A DNA stretch of 64,000 nt from positions 96,472,001 to 96,536,000 of the forward strand of contig NC_042997.1 in NCBI RefSeq assembly GCF_006345805.1. Direction: 5' to 3'. Origin of the DNA: Octopus sinensis (Eukaryota). Below are positions 1 to 12,257 of the stretch, piece after piece; within the stretch, counting starts at the first letter, position 1, and the number at the start of each line of letters is the position of its first letter. The notes below the pieces were generated by a model that made no database searches, had not been told where the DNA came from, and saw only the letters and a program-made list of their open reading frames with translations. The position numbers and the translations under genes were made by a program.

Positions 1-627
1 TATATAAGATGAGATGTTAGCAAATATAGGCACAGCTACAGAGTCCGATATAATTTAAACACTCATACTTTTCGAATTATTCTCTTCCCTGAGAGCAACT
101 TCTTTTAATATTGAAGTTGGATTCCTTCCATCAACATCAATTTAAACTGCTTTTCTCATCCACAAATTCTTAAGTATTGGCACGGTCCCTAGACGACATG
201 ATTGCAAGATTTGTCATTTCGTCTCAATAATTTAATACCATATACATAAATAACAAATATTTTAAATTGCCTGAAGTATTTCAAAAATGCTGACATTGCT
301 CTACAGACATGTTTGTAAACATATTTTTCATCTAAATTTTAATTTGTCTACATTTTGATTATTGGAAGTATGGTCTATTTATATATCTACAATGTTTTTT
401 GGTGTTGATTTTGTCCCACTTAAATACGTAAGACTAACGGGGAAATGTTTGGGCTATATTGAGATTAAAAATCAAATTTAAATATTTCTTACAAGTGAAT
501 CATATGCATCAATATAAACAGTGGTATTTCATTTTCCTTAACAAATATACATAGATACATAGACACACACACATACACACACACACACACACACTCACGC
601 ATACAAACGCACACACACACACACACA

Positions 628-676
<49 letters not shown>

Positions 677-1089
677 GGCGCAGGAGTGGCTGTGTGGTAA
701 GTAGCTTGCTAACCAACCACATGGTTCCGGGTTCAGTCCCACTGCGTGGCATCTTGGGCAAGTGTCTTCTGCTATAGCCCCGGGCCGACCAATGCCTTGT
801 GAGTGGATTTGGTAGACGGAAACTGAAAGAAGCCTGTCGTATATATGTATATATATATATGTATGTGTGTGTGTCTGTGTTTGTTCCTCTAGCATTGCTT
901 GACGACCGATGCTGGTGTGTTTACGTCCCCGTTACTTAGCGGTTCGGCAAAAAGAGACCGATAGAATAAGTACTGGGCTTACAAAAAAAAAGAATAAATC
1001 CCGGGGTCGAGTTGCTCGACTAAAGGCGGTGCTCCAGCATGGCCGCAGTCAAATGACTGAAACAAGTAAAAGAGTAAAGAGTAAAGAGT
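677..1089 (+). mobile_element. tRNA-derived SINE, family A (octopus OR/OK-like), full length, with internal (TA)/(TG) microsatellite and LINE-like 3' tail
   Basis: A/B-box head (GGCGCAGGAGTGGCTGTGTGGTAAG...GGTTCAGTCCC), CORE-like CTTGGGCAAGTG, tail GGTGCTCCAGCATGGCCGCAGTCAAATGACTGAAAC followed by (GTAAAGA)n; related copies at 14.7, 25.3, 37.2 and 46.7 kb. Confidence 0.85.
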
Positions 1090-1113
1090 ATATATATATA
1101 CATATATATATAC

Positions 1114-1155
<42 letters not shown>

Positions 1156-1516
1156 TTATGTATGCATGTGTATATGTATATATGAATGATGTATATATCT
1201 TGTGTATATTCACGAGCAAACTATAGACGTATTGTTGGGAGAGAAGTATGCATTTATGAAAAGCACTGAATATACTTCAAAAAAATATCTTCATCAAATT
1301 AATTGGCAACACATTTATCTGCGAATAGACCTCCGTTGTATGATAGCTGACGTAAGTTTGTGAAAACAGTAGCTGAGGCAAATAAAAAAAAAACATGTGC
1401 GTGCACACGTAATACATACGTACATGTAAGCATGCATATGTGTATGTGTGTATCTCTATGTGTGTGTAGGTGTGTGACTGTGTTTGTGTATATATGAATA
1501 TATATAAATATATATA

Positions 1517-1544
<28 letters not shown>

Positions 1545-1547
<3 letters not shown>

Positions 1548-2178
1548 CAATAATATAAATAATATATAAATATATGCATATATACATACATATATGTACA
1601 TACCTACATATATATGTATATATATATATATGCATACATGCGTACAGGACATTAAAAAGACGTTGAACACAATGAGAAACGAAAACAAAAGCAAAAACAT
1701 AGAAACGAACTTTTTTTCGGACAACGAAAAAAACAAACAGAGAAACGAGACATACAACGTAAAGAATATTCTCCTTCTGCAGTTGTCTCTATTTCAACTA
1801 CTCCACAGGGCGAAGGCAAGGACAAGACGCGACTTCGTTGAAACAATCCTTCCCGCAAAACAAATCAAATCAAATTTGGGATTTTTTGCAGAGGGTGAAA
1901 GTGGTAACAAGAGCAGGACAATGAGATCAAAACAATAAACACAATAAAAAAGTAAAAGCAGTAAAAGACAGAACAATGAGAACAAAACAGTAAAAGCAAA
2001 GGCTGTTAAGCCAAGACGATGGCAAAATTATTGTGAACGTTTAAGAAGGCGAGCTTATGAAGAGACAGTACAAGCCCGTTTAGTCTTTGCGGAGCTAGTA
2101 GTCAGATGGATCCCCTCTAGTCACGTGTGAGCGACGAGAGAGTCGAGGAGGAGCAGTGATAGAGAGGGAGCGGTGAAG
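1545..2178 (-). mobile_element. Non-coding repeat, family 2, carrying a decayed permuted-hammerhead motif
   Basis: Reverse complement aligns with ~6420-7060, including the CACGTGA motif, T-rich body and TA-like tail. Confidence 0.75.
1776..1852 (-). ncRNA. Non-circularly permuted hammerhead-like motif (decayed copy)
   Basis: GAAGG..TTGTTTCAAC..CGCG-TC-TTGTC..CCTTC-(GCCC in place of GAAA)..GTTGAAATAG..GACAA-CTGCAGA; stems I, II and the extra helix pair, core is mutated. Confidence 0.5.
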
Positions 2179-2179
2179 T

Positions 2180-2384
2180 GGGCCATCCCATAAATAATGC
2201 ATTTTTTTCAGTTGCATGAATAAAAAGTCGCAGAGGAATGGGATACGCTACCTGCATCAACTTTCTATAGAAGCAAATAATAATTTTACCTTATCCTTCT
2301 TCTTAGTTCAAGTTTTGAATAATGCAATTCGATTTTAACAGATATTTTTCAAGGCTATAATGGAAGTAACAATGGAGCCTATTT
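2180..2384 (+). mobile_element. Mariner-like 5' end remnant
   Basis: GGCCATCCCATAAATAATGC TIR-like start; ATGGAAGTAACA (MEVT..) resembles a mariner transposase start; truncated. Confidence 0.4.
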
Positions 2385-3490
2385 AGGTTTGAGGTACGTA
2401 GCATTTGATAAATCTATGATAAATCTATTTCAATGGAAAGCTGTGCTGAAGAAGGATGTGAAATATATATGCAATGTATATGAAATATATATCAAAAATA
2501 TATATGAAATATATATTCAATATGTTTATAATCCAGAAACATGATGTTCACAGATAACCACCAGACTTCGTTTTCGATATCTATTCCTTCTGTTTTGCAT
2601 ATGTGAATTACAGGGTTTGTCGTGCCCGGAGTCCCACTTTGATAGAAATAAGCATTCTTGACTGCTATTTCTATTTTTTCGGTATGCGATCAAGCAACCT
2701 GTTGCCTGTCCCTTTTTCTTATATACAATATATATACTGAACTTTACAGAAGTTCCTGCCGGTAATCGGCTATATTTACATACCGAATTCTACCAGTAAA
2801 TAATTGTGGGTTTTTTTAAAAACCTTTATAGAAATTATTTACTCTTATTATTATATTACTAATTGGATTTTTCACTCCCTTACGACAACCCAATAGTTCC
2901 TACTCCTATGGAACTATTTTTGTGGTGCGCATGGCAAAATTTTGGAGGGAAGATTTACGAATTCAAACGTCTATGTAGGTTTAGCTTTTGCTCACTTTCT
3001 TCAAATATTTTGATGTCGCATGGTCAGAAGGTTTGAGGTACGTAGCATTTGATAAATCTATGATAAATCTATTTCAATGGAAAGCTGTGCTGAAGAAGGA
3101 TGTGAAATATATATGCAATGTATATGAAATATATATCAAAAATATATATGAAATATATATTCAATATGTTTATAATCCAGAAACATGATGTTCACAGATA
3201 ACCACCAGACTTCGTTTTCGATATCTATTCCTTCTGTTTTGCATATGTGAATTACAGGGTTTGTCGTGCCCGGAGTCCCACTTTGATAGAAATAAGCATT
3301 CTTGACTGCTATTTCTATTTTCGGTATGCGATCAAGCAACCTGTTGCCTGTCCCTTTTTCTTATATACAATATATATACTGAACTTTACAGAAGTTCCTG
3401 CCGGTAATCGGCTATATTTACATACCGAATTCTACCAGTAAATAATTGTGGTTTTTTTTAAAAACCTTTATAGAAATTATTTACTCTTAT

Positions 3491-3498
<8 letters not shown>
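2385..3498. repeat. Near-identical direct duplication of ~470 bp (2385-2856 and 3029-3498)
   Basis: Copies differ essentially only in homopolymer lengths; 644-bp period. Confidence 0.9.
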
Positions 3499-3573
<75 letters not shown>

Positions 3574-3580
<7 letters not shown>

Positions 3581-4049
3581 TAAGGGCTAAAGAGGGTTAT
3601 TCTAAAGCCAATACACTGATTTATGCACTTATAATCCACTTGTTACAAGAATATTGAACTGAAAGCGGGCAACTAACCTTTAGAAAATTTAAATTTCGTT
3701 ATCTCTATATTAAATCAATTTCGGAATTAATCCTATAAAGGATGTGAGTATTTTATTTATATTCCCTCGTAAGCTCTACTGACGACGAATGTTTCCTTTA
3801 TAGGATTAATTCCGAAATTGATTCAATATAAAGATAACGAAATTTAAATTTTCTAAAGGTTAGTTGCCCGCTTTCAGTTCAATTTTCTTGTAACAAGTGG
3901 ATTATAAGTGGATAAATCAATGTATTGGCTTTATAATAACCCTCTGTAGCCCTTAATTATAAGATGTTTATACTTCAACCGTAAAGGTTTTTTTAATATA
4001 CTGCCACGCTTTTTGATGGAATCCTTTTCTGTAGAGAAAGGGACTTCAT

Positions 4050-4051
<2 letters not shown>
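3574..4051 (+). mobile_element. Hairpin-shaped PLE terminus in (TA)n: inverted arms 3574-3742 and 3794-3962 plus unique tail
   Basis: ~168-bp inverted repeat, ~90-bp tail, (TA)n on both sides, embedded HHR motif. Confidence 0.8.
3774..3833 (+). ncRNA. Type I hammerhead ribozyme motif (slightly decayed)
   Basis: CTCTA-CTGACGA-(C)GAAT...ATTCC-GAAA-TTGA.TCAA-TA-TAAAG; the inverted arm reads TAGAG, which restores stem I. Confidence 0.6.
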
Positions 4052-4126
<75 letters not shown>

Positions 4127-4181
4127 ATATACATACATACATAAATACATACATACATACATACATACATACATACATACA

Positions 4182-4217
<36 letters not shown>

Positions 4218-5589
4218 CATATTTGTGTATGTGTATGTAAATATCTATGTATTAAAATGTTCGAAGTTTCCAGAGAGAGAGATGCATTGGCGAGCATATA
4301 AGTTTTAACAACCATAAATTGTTCCTATTAAGCACATTAGTAGACTAACTCTTTCAATATATACAAGTGCTACTCAACTTCATCTCCTTAACAAGCTGTA
4401 CATTCGCTCTACCGCAAAATACAACTCAGGAATCGTCTGGATAAATTCAGTTATGCAGAGTGCAACATATCTTTAACCCCATCTGTGTCATCATATTTAT
4501 TTCTGTAGAGTGTCTTTTATTGAAGCGAATAGGGAAAAGTCGGAATGTGCCAGTGCTGAATGTACGATGGACGGCAGATCACAATCTAAGATTTCTGACT
4601 ACCTGAATTTAAATCAAAGACATGCAATATCCCACATTGGTATGGTGAAGGTAAAGCATTCTCAGATTCACTCACTTCTTCCTAATGGCTCCTAATGTGT
4701 CTCTCAATGTATCGCTCGCTGGTCAAGAGAAGTTTAGTTTTCATATAAGGTAAGTTTTTAAGTTTACTTCTCAATATATGGGCTGTATTATGAAGTGATC
4801 ATTGAGAGCTAAATCAAAGAATAAGAGGAATTATAGAAGGAACACATCTAGGTAATCAATACAAATTCCAAAGCATAATTTAAAGCATACAACAAATATA
4901 TATACATATAAATTTATATAAATAAGTGAACAAAATTACATGTACAAGTTACATATTTTAGTTTGTAGTACTTTGAGTAAATCCGAAAATATGAAAACAT
5001 TTAATTTTCTTCTAAATAAAGAACGAAATATGGAAATAATTGTTAGATTCAAAGTCTTGATATCAATTGCAGTTTTATTAAGAATATCATGATAAAAGTA
5101 CTTATAGTAAATATTTGGTAAAGATAGATTTGTTTCAGTTTCTGTATTTATGTTTAATACTCTTTAGTGAACCTGTAAAAATTTTTCAAGAGAGCAAAGA
5201 AGCGTTATGATTTAGGAAGCAAGGTTATGTATTCTTTTATAACTGAAAAATCTTTCGGCCAGCTACTTGTGTTAATTAATGGTAATAGAAAAAAAACGCG
5301 AAAATATAAATAAAAATATTTATCATTGGTATCACCTACGATTTTGATTCGCTATACCACTCCTATTCATTAATATAATTGCCAACGTTCGTGAAAATGT
5401 AAGAAAACCAGCAACAATATAGATTATATTGCAGCGTTAACTCATTAAATTTGATTATATAACCCTTCATTATTATTATATAACACATCTCAATGAATGC
5501 ATGCATGTGTATAAATAAATATAGATAGATAGGGAGATAGATAGATACATACATACATACATACATACATACATACATACATACATACA

Positions 5590-5623
<34 letters not shown>

Positions 5624-5794
5624 CATGGACATATCCGCCTGCATGCAGACATATACGCATATTATTTGAAAAAAAGTTCGTTTCTATGTTTTTGTTTTTA
5701 TATTTTCATTTCTCATTGATCCACGTTTTTTATGACCTGTACCTTATATGCATGTATTTATATATATGTGTGTGTGTAGGTATGTACATATATG

Positions 5795-5889
<95 letters not shown>

Positions 5890-5892
<3 letters not shown>

Positions 5893-6220
5893 TCCCGGGT
5901 TGAGTCGGGGTTAACCACAGTCAATAAGGTACTTAATACATAGCAGAGTAAATTAATTTATTTTATAGAAGGAGCTTCTACAGGACTAGAACTGTTTCAT
6001 TCAAAAGAAATCATCAGGAAGCTAGTAGACAAGAGTTGTTTTGGCATTTATACATTTAGGCAGGTTTAAATGGGTGGTGGAAAGTCCCCCACCACCACCC
6101 ATTTAAACCTGTCTAAATGTATAAATGCGAAAACAACTCTTGTCTACTAGCTTCCTGATGATTTCTTTTGAATGAAACAGTTCTAGTCCTGTAGAAGCTC
6201 CTTCTATAAAATAAAATAAA
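5890..6220. mobile_element. Hairpin-shaped PLE terminus with two inverted HHR copies, in (TA)n
   Basis: Inverted arms ~5957-6080 and ~6092-6214; unique tail 5890-5956. Confidence 0.85.
6149..6199 (+). ncRNA. Canonical type I hammerhead ribozyme (inverted identical copy on - strand at 5973-6023)
   Basis: AGCTTC-CTGATGA-TTTC.TTTT.GAAT-GAAA-CAG.TTCTAGTC.CTG-TA-GAAGCT; full core, GUA cleavage triplet, T-T mismatch at the base of stem II. Confidence 0.8.
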
Positions 6221-6761
6221 ATATATATATATATATATATATGCATATATTTATATATTATTTATATTATTATATGATCGAACACCACGCATCCTTTTCG
6301 AAGTAATAATTACGATGTGCACTCTTCTCATTCACTATTTCTTCTCTGTCTATCTCTCTCCCTCTCTTGTTCTTTATCCTTTCTGGTTTTCTCTCCCACC
6401 TTTCCCTATTCTTCTCCTCTCCCCTTCACCGTTCCCTCTCTCTCTTACTCCTCCTCCTCGACTCTCTCGTTACTGACACGTGATCAGAGGGAAGCCATCT
6501 TTCGAACTTCTATCTTCACCAAGACTAGACTAGCTTATCCTGTCTCTTTCATAAGCCGTCTCCTTAAACATTCAGAATATTTTTCAATCGTCTTGACTTA
6601 ACAGCCCTCATCGTTTGTTTTTGCTGTTTCCTTCTCATTGTTCTGTCTTTTACTGTTTTTACATTTTTATTGCTTTTACTATTTTGTTCTTACTGTCCTA
6701 TTCTTGTTACCATTTTTACCCCCCGCAAAAAATCCCAAATTTTATTTAATTTGCTTTGCGG

Positions 6762-6838
6762 GAAGGACTGTTTCAAAGAAGTCGAGTCTTGTCCTTACAT
6801 TCGAACGCGGAGTAGATGAAGAAGGAGAATACTGAAGA
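6762..6838 (+). ncRNA. Non-circularly permuted hammerhead-like motif (decayed copy)
   Basis: GAAGG...CGAG-TC-TTGTC..CATTC-GAA-CGCG...CTGAAGA; its lesions are complementary to those of the 1776-1852 copy. Confidence 0.5.
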
Positions 6839-7092
6839 AGGGGAATATCCCTTGTGTTGTATGTCGTGTAGTCTGTTTTCTTTCGTTGTTAAAAAAGTTC
6901 GTTTCTACGTTTTTGTTTTTATGTTTTCATTTCTCATTGTGTTCCACGTCTTTTTAGGTCCTGTACCCATATATGCATATATATATACATATATATATAT
7001 ATGTATGTACATATATGTATGTATATATGCATATAGTTAAATATTATTTATATTATTATATTATCGAACGCCTCGCAGACTTTTCCAAGTTT

Positions 7093-7150
<58 letters not shown>

Positions 7151-7159
<9 letters not shown>

Positions 7160-7408
7160 GTATAGGAAAGAATGGAGCTGAACGAAGATTTAACAAAAGA
7201 AAAGAAAATAAAGGAATTTTGTTAAATCTTCGTTCAGCTCCATTCTTTCCTATACTTAATATATAAAACTTCAAATTTCCGCACTAAGGCACGGATTTTA
7301 TGCCCTATGGTCGTAACTTCAACCGTGCCCTTTCTGTTGTGAGTTTGCTACCCAGGTATCGGTTATCTTTCGAATTATCCGTAATAAGATAATTCATTTG
7401 TCTACAAA
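7151..7408 (+). mobile_element. Short hairpin-plus-tail insertion in (TA)n (probable PLE end)
   Basis: Perfect ~48-bp inverted arms 7151-7198 and 7217-7265, ~140-bp tail; no HHR visible. Confidence 0.6.
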
Positions 7409-7435
7409 TATATATATATATATATATATGTATAT

Positions 7436-7872
7436 AAACTTAAACTTAGATATATTTCGACCAAAGATTGGTCCAGGCCTTGTCTAACTTAATAGCACCA
7501 CCTGATATGATTATTCGAATCCTGTTTAAGTCAAGTTTTGTTTATGGTCCATTCAAGTAGTGAGTTCTTGTTGGGTGAGTTGTATCCAATTATGGGTGGC
7601 TTATCTGGTATTCTTTGAAGGAATCTATCCAGACTCCGTTTAAAGTTGATGGGATCCTTTTCCTCTTTGATCTCCCTCGGGACAATGTTAAACAGGGCAG
7701 GGCCTGTTGAGGAAAAGAAATTATGTTGCAGTGTACATGTATGTTGTGATCTTGAATTGGGCAGGGGACGTATGGCCCGTGGTCCCAGTCTTGGATGAAC
7801 CTTGAAGCTAATGTTAAGGTCGTTTGGGCAAAGTTGGTGGTATATTCTCCAAATATATGACGTACCGCTCAC
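7436..7872 (-). mobile_element. CR1/L2-group LINE 3' fragment (end of ORF2 and 3' UTR)
   Basis: Translation ..IWRIYHQLCPN..HPRLG..FFSSTGPALFNIVPREIK..FKRSLDRFLQRIPDKP..NSLLEW; tail GGTGGTGC..GGCC..GAAA. Confidence 0.75.
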
Positions 7873-7894
7873 GGTATATAAATACATATATATA

Positions 7895-8037
<143 letters not shown>

Positions 8038-8984
8038 CAGACATACACGTACATATACATATATGTAAGCATGAGTTTGTGTGTGGGGGGGGAACATACA
8101 TATGCAATTAGTTGCCTGTGTCTATGTGAAAATAAAGCATCAATCAAATCAGTAAATTGTTCTCATTGTGTGAGAACTGTCAACGTAAATATTGCTGAAA
8201 GAATGTACTCCTTACGTTTTGAAAAGTGGCAAGGCAGCATCAGTTCTCTTCTATAATCCGTAGTTTTTTTCGTCATATAAGTGTATTGATATTCCACTTC
8301 ACATGACATAGGAAACTTCTATAAATTATTATATTGGGATACTAGTATATCCTTTCAGAGAGCTGTAGCGAAATTTTCTTTCATATTCAATCTATGGATT
8401 TAAAGAAGGAATGACATAATGAATAATAATGTAGTTCTGTGAATAAATCCGGTAACGCAATGGGAATTTTCATAACTAATTTCTACGTGCAATGGTTAGA
8501 ACCGGAATTAAATACCAAAGATTGCAATACAGCAACATCAAACGCACTTCATTCTTTGTTAGTCAAACCGACTCCCGTCTCATGCTTTTAACGTCATTCT
8601 ATAAGACATTTTAACTAAATAACATAAACCAGCACTCGATATAATAAATACATCATGTAGATATATCGGTTCCTCAATTCTTTTCCTGCGAATATATCCA
8701 GTTTCGGATATAGTTACGAAGAATTTTATTCTCCAATACGATATAAAACTTTCTTTGTACCTACCGCACTTATTTTACATACATCCCTCAGTATTTCTCG
8801 TTTGATTTTCTGTTCTTGTTATTTTCACTGCTTATACACTTCTTTGTGACCCCATATAGTATTATATTATGTTATCCTGCACAATTTTTGATCGTTTATT
8901 CCAAACCTGGTGTTTCATAGAGAAAACGTTATTATTACTTCTCTTATTTTTGTTGGTTTTGACGATGATGTTATTGCTTGACAA

Positions 8985-9845
8985 GGAGGCGACTTTGCTG
9001 AATAGTTAGCATGCCGGGCGAAATGCTTAACCGTATTTCGTCTGTCTTTACGTTCTGAGTTCAAATGACGCCAGGGTCGACTTTGCCTTTCATCCTTTCG
9101 GGGTCGATAAATTAAGTACCAGTTACACACCGGGGTTGATGTACTCTACTGGTCTCCTCCCTCAAAATTTCAGGCTTTCTACCTCTAGTGGAAAAGATTA
9201 TTGTTTGACAACAATACCATCATCATTATATTTCATATTTTTAACGCGGCGAGCTGGCAGAATTGTATGCGTGCCGTGCAAAATGCTTAGAGTCATTTCG
9301 TTGTCATGTTGTTCTGATTTCAAATTCCGCCGAGTTCAACTTTACCTTTCATCCTCTCGGGGTCGATAGATTAGGCACAATTCAAACACTGCGGTCGATT
9401 TAATCGACTGGTACCCTCCCCTTAAACGTCAGGCAACATATATTATATTGTTGGTGGTGGTATTATAGTGGTCTTGTTCAGTTAGCGAGCTGGCAGAATC
9501 GTTAGTACACTGACCATCCTGCTTAGCAGTATTTCGCCCGTCTTTATGTTCCTAGTTCAAATTCTGGAGATGTCGACTTTGGCTTTCGTTCTTTCGGGCT
9601 TGATAATATAAATAACTGTTGAACACTGAGGTCGATGTCATTCACTACACCCCTCCTTGAACATTTCAGATCTTATGACTATAGAAGAAAGAATCATTAA
9701 GGCAATCGTCCGCTAGAGTCGTTAATACGTGGGTCAAAATGATTAGCGGCATTTCTTCCGATTTATTTTGTTGTGAGTTCAAATTCCGTTGAAGTTGACT
9801 TTGCCTTTCAATCATTCGGAATACATAAGTACCAGTTGTACCGAT
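8985..9845 (+). mobile_element. Cluster of four tandem SINE family B copies (Meta-domain-like SINE)
   Basis: Repeated GGCGAGCTGGCAGAATCGTTAGC..GAGTTCAAATTCCG..GTCGACTTTGCCTTTCATCCTTTCGGGGTCGATAAA..GTACCAG at ~8985, 9245, 9484 and 9700. Confidence 0.8.
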
Positions 9846-10579
9846 ACAGCTTGTTATCATGTGATACTATCAAACTGGTGAAGAGCAGAGTCAAATATCT
9901 CAAGGCTTCTAACCCAATTCTCTAACAGTTCCGCCATATAATCGCCCCTGGATTAGTCCTTTTTCGTTGAGTCTAAAGTATGAAGATGTACTCTAACACG
10001 CTGACACTTCATCGGTTTTATAGCCATTAGTATGAACTTCCAAACACCTACATACAAACACACATACTCTGTTTATTTCAATTTCTACTCTATCCTCAAA
10101 ATATAGACGTGTAGACATCCCCCGGCAATCTTCAATAATGTACAGGAATAAATTCTTTAAAATGTTCTCTAACGATTTTTCAATAAGAAAAAATCACGCT
10201 GAGAAACCTGTTATTTTCTCAACATGCTTCCCACTGAACAGTATCATATATTCAATCTTTCAAGATCGCAACAAATACATGTTTGCGTTTACACTTTTAA
10301 ATAAGATCTAAAATCTTCAACACGTGGCTCAGGCTTTCTCTTTTTAATCGTACGATTTTATTGGTCACTTGCTTTCTGTAATAATTGAACATGGTCTGTT
10401 TTATTTCTGACAACGTTTTATTTCTGATACAAATATTACAGGCATCCCCCACATACGCACACTAAATAAACATAAACGCACATAGAGAAATAAGCATGCG
10501 CAAATGAAGACATACAATAGAAATACAAAATGGCTGACGGTTAGTAAGGAGAGACACAAATAAGAAAGAAGAAAACAAA

Positions 10580-10625
10580 GGACCACTGATGCGGTCACAG
10601 GAGTGTGACGAAAGAACTCTGGCCG
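10580..10625 (+). ncRNA. Degenerate type I hammerhead-like motif in a probable PLE terminal remnant
   Basis: CCA-CTGATGC-G-GTCAC.AGGAGT.GTGAC-GAAA-G.AA.C-TC-TGG. Confidence 0.4.
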
Positions 10626-10814
10626 AAATACGATTAAGATTAATGTAAAAAATAAATAACACTGAAGCAAATAACATCAAATATATAGTGCGTGTGTTTT
10701 TATTGGCTAAACTGGCAATATGACCATTCCGAAATATAACAGTATCTGTTTCAACACACGACTTCACATAAAAAATCTTGCACAATAAATATTTAAACGT
10801 ACCTTATTTATAAG

Positions 10815-10879
10815 TTCGGTGCCCCAGCATGGCCACAGCTCATAAGCTGAAACTAGAATCAATCAATCAATCAATCAAT

Positions 10880-10880
<1 letters not shown>
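10815..10880 (+). mobile_element. LINE/SINE 3' tail fragment
   Basis: GGTGCCCCAGCATGGCCACAGCTC..GCTGAAAC followed by (AATC)n; resembles the SINE A tail. Confidence 0.55.
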
Positions 10881-10923
<43 letters not shown>

Positions 10924-10933
10924 ATATATATAG

Positions 10934-11545
10934 AATAACACTTTATATATAAAGAACGTGAAATTCACGAATTGACGAACACGGAAAACAGACAGTCATT
11001 CAGAGCCTTCATTCTTCAGTCAGAAACCGATTCATCATGGCAAATTTCGGCTGTTTAATTCTGAGATTTGCTCCAAAACGGCCAGCCCCAAGAAAAAGCT
11101 AAGCTACGGGCATTAGATTTTCTTGGTAGAAGGAAAGAATGTGACAACAGATACGAATAGGAAAACAAGAGACGAAGATAAAATTGGAAACAGTAACGAA
11201 TAAAAACAGGAATGGCACGGGGCGTCTTACGACTTTGAGACAAAATGGGACAAAAACAATTGATCAGCAAGCGTGGGAAGCGATTACCTTTTCGGTAGAG
11301 ATGACACGTGTAGTACAGGCGGCTGTCACCAATGGAATGGCTTAGTAGCAGCAGGTTGCAAGAAGGTGAGAGAGAAAGAGAGACAGAGAGAGAGGGGATT
11401 AAGGAGGGCCGAGAGCAGAAACAATGACCAAGAGAGAGAGAAAGAAAGAATTAAAGAGGATGAGAGGAAGAGGCGCCAATATAACTTGGTAAAGAAGCGC
11501 CAAAATACCTTGGGGAAGAAGCAATGGCGAATGGGAAATATATAC
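10934..11545 (-). mobile_element. Non-coding repeat, family 3 (related to the 14.8-16.6 kb family)
   Basis: Same layout (CT tract, CACGTG, T-rich body, structured motif, (TA)n); 11013-11130 aligns with 15625-15742. Confidence 0.7.
11013..11087 (-). ncRNA. Non-circularly permuted hammerhead-like motif, intact core
   Basis: GGCTG-GCCG..-GCAAA-TC-TCAGAA-TTAAA-CAGCC-GAAA-TTTGC..CGGT-TTCTGA-CTGAAGA. Confidence 0.65.
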
Positions 11546-12257
11546 ATACATGTCTTTACACTGCGATTATGTACGACAATATAGAACTGTGTATATCTGT
11601 TGACATTTAATGAACAGTGTATGTAATGAGAATAATCTGTTCCATTAGCGAATGGGTACTTTTTTCAACGAAAGATTGATTACTATAATATAACATATTT
11701 TGATACGGTAGTAGTTGAATAATATTCTTAAGGCCGCAGTTTACTCACACGCTGCATCTTTCAGAGTTTGACGCTAATTCAAGTCTTAACCAAATTGAAC
11801 ACTCCTAACAGGTTTGAAGAGATGGTCCTTAGCTACATTTTCGCAAAAAAAATTAAGATTTGATCCAGGTGAAAAAGGTTTACATCAAAATGTGTAGCAA
11901 TGTTATATGAGAGTTAGTAACGCCTCCAGTTAGGTTTCTATCTAAATAACTTTTTTTTATTTTAAAAGCAAAATATATTTATCTTTGCATCAAAGATAGA
12001 AGAAAGCATGAAGAATTTCATAGTTTGGTTCCATGCAACAAAACTTTGTATCAAAAGAGTTGTTAGGTAAAATAATATGAAATATAAGGCAAAACATTGG
12101 ATTTAAGAACAATTAACTTTTTCTTTATTTAAAAAACAAACTATACTTTAATTAAGTTTAGTGATAGAGCTCAATTCGAGGAACATTATTGTATCACTCT
12201 CATGCTATGAAGTTTTAAAAGAAAAAAGTTATGAGTGTTGTTTTTCACATGATTATT

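Larger units (their letters stand above)
5669..7090 (+). mobile_element. Head-to-tail multimer of non-coding family 2 (unit ~786 bp), interrupted by a PLE hairpin at 5890-6220
   Basis: 5669-5830 matches 6890-7030; 6241-6305 recurs at 7028-7090 (TCGAAC at 6278 and 7064). Confidence 0.7.

Noticed and set aside
4509-4650. Possible host exon (ttctgtag|...GTGAAG|gtaaag) with an open frame
   Set aside because: No recognisable protein similarity or partner exons; splice-like signals are frequent by chance; would need RNA-seq.
8985-9845. Regularly spaced repeats resembling a CRISPR array or tRNA cluster
   Set aside because: Units are 150-250-bp diverged SINE copies in a eukaryotic context; tRNA-like heads lack a complete cloverleaf.
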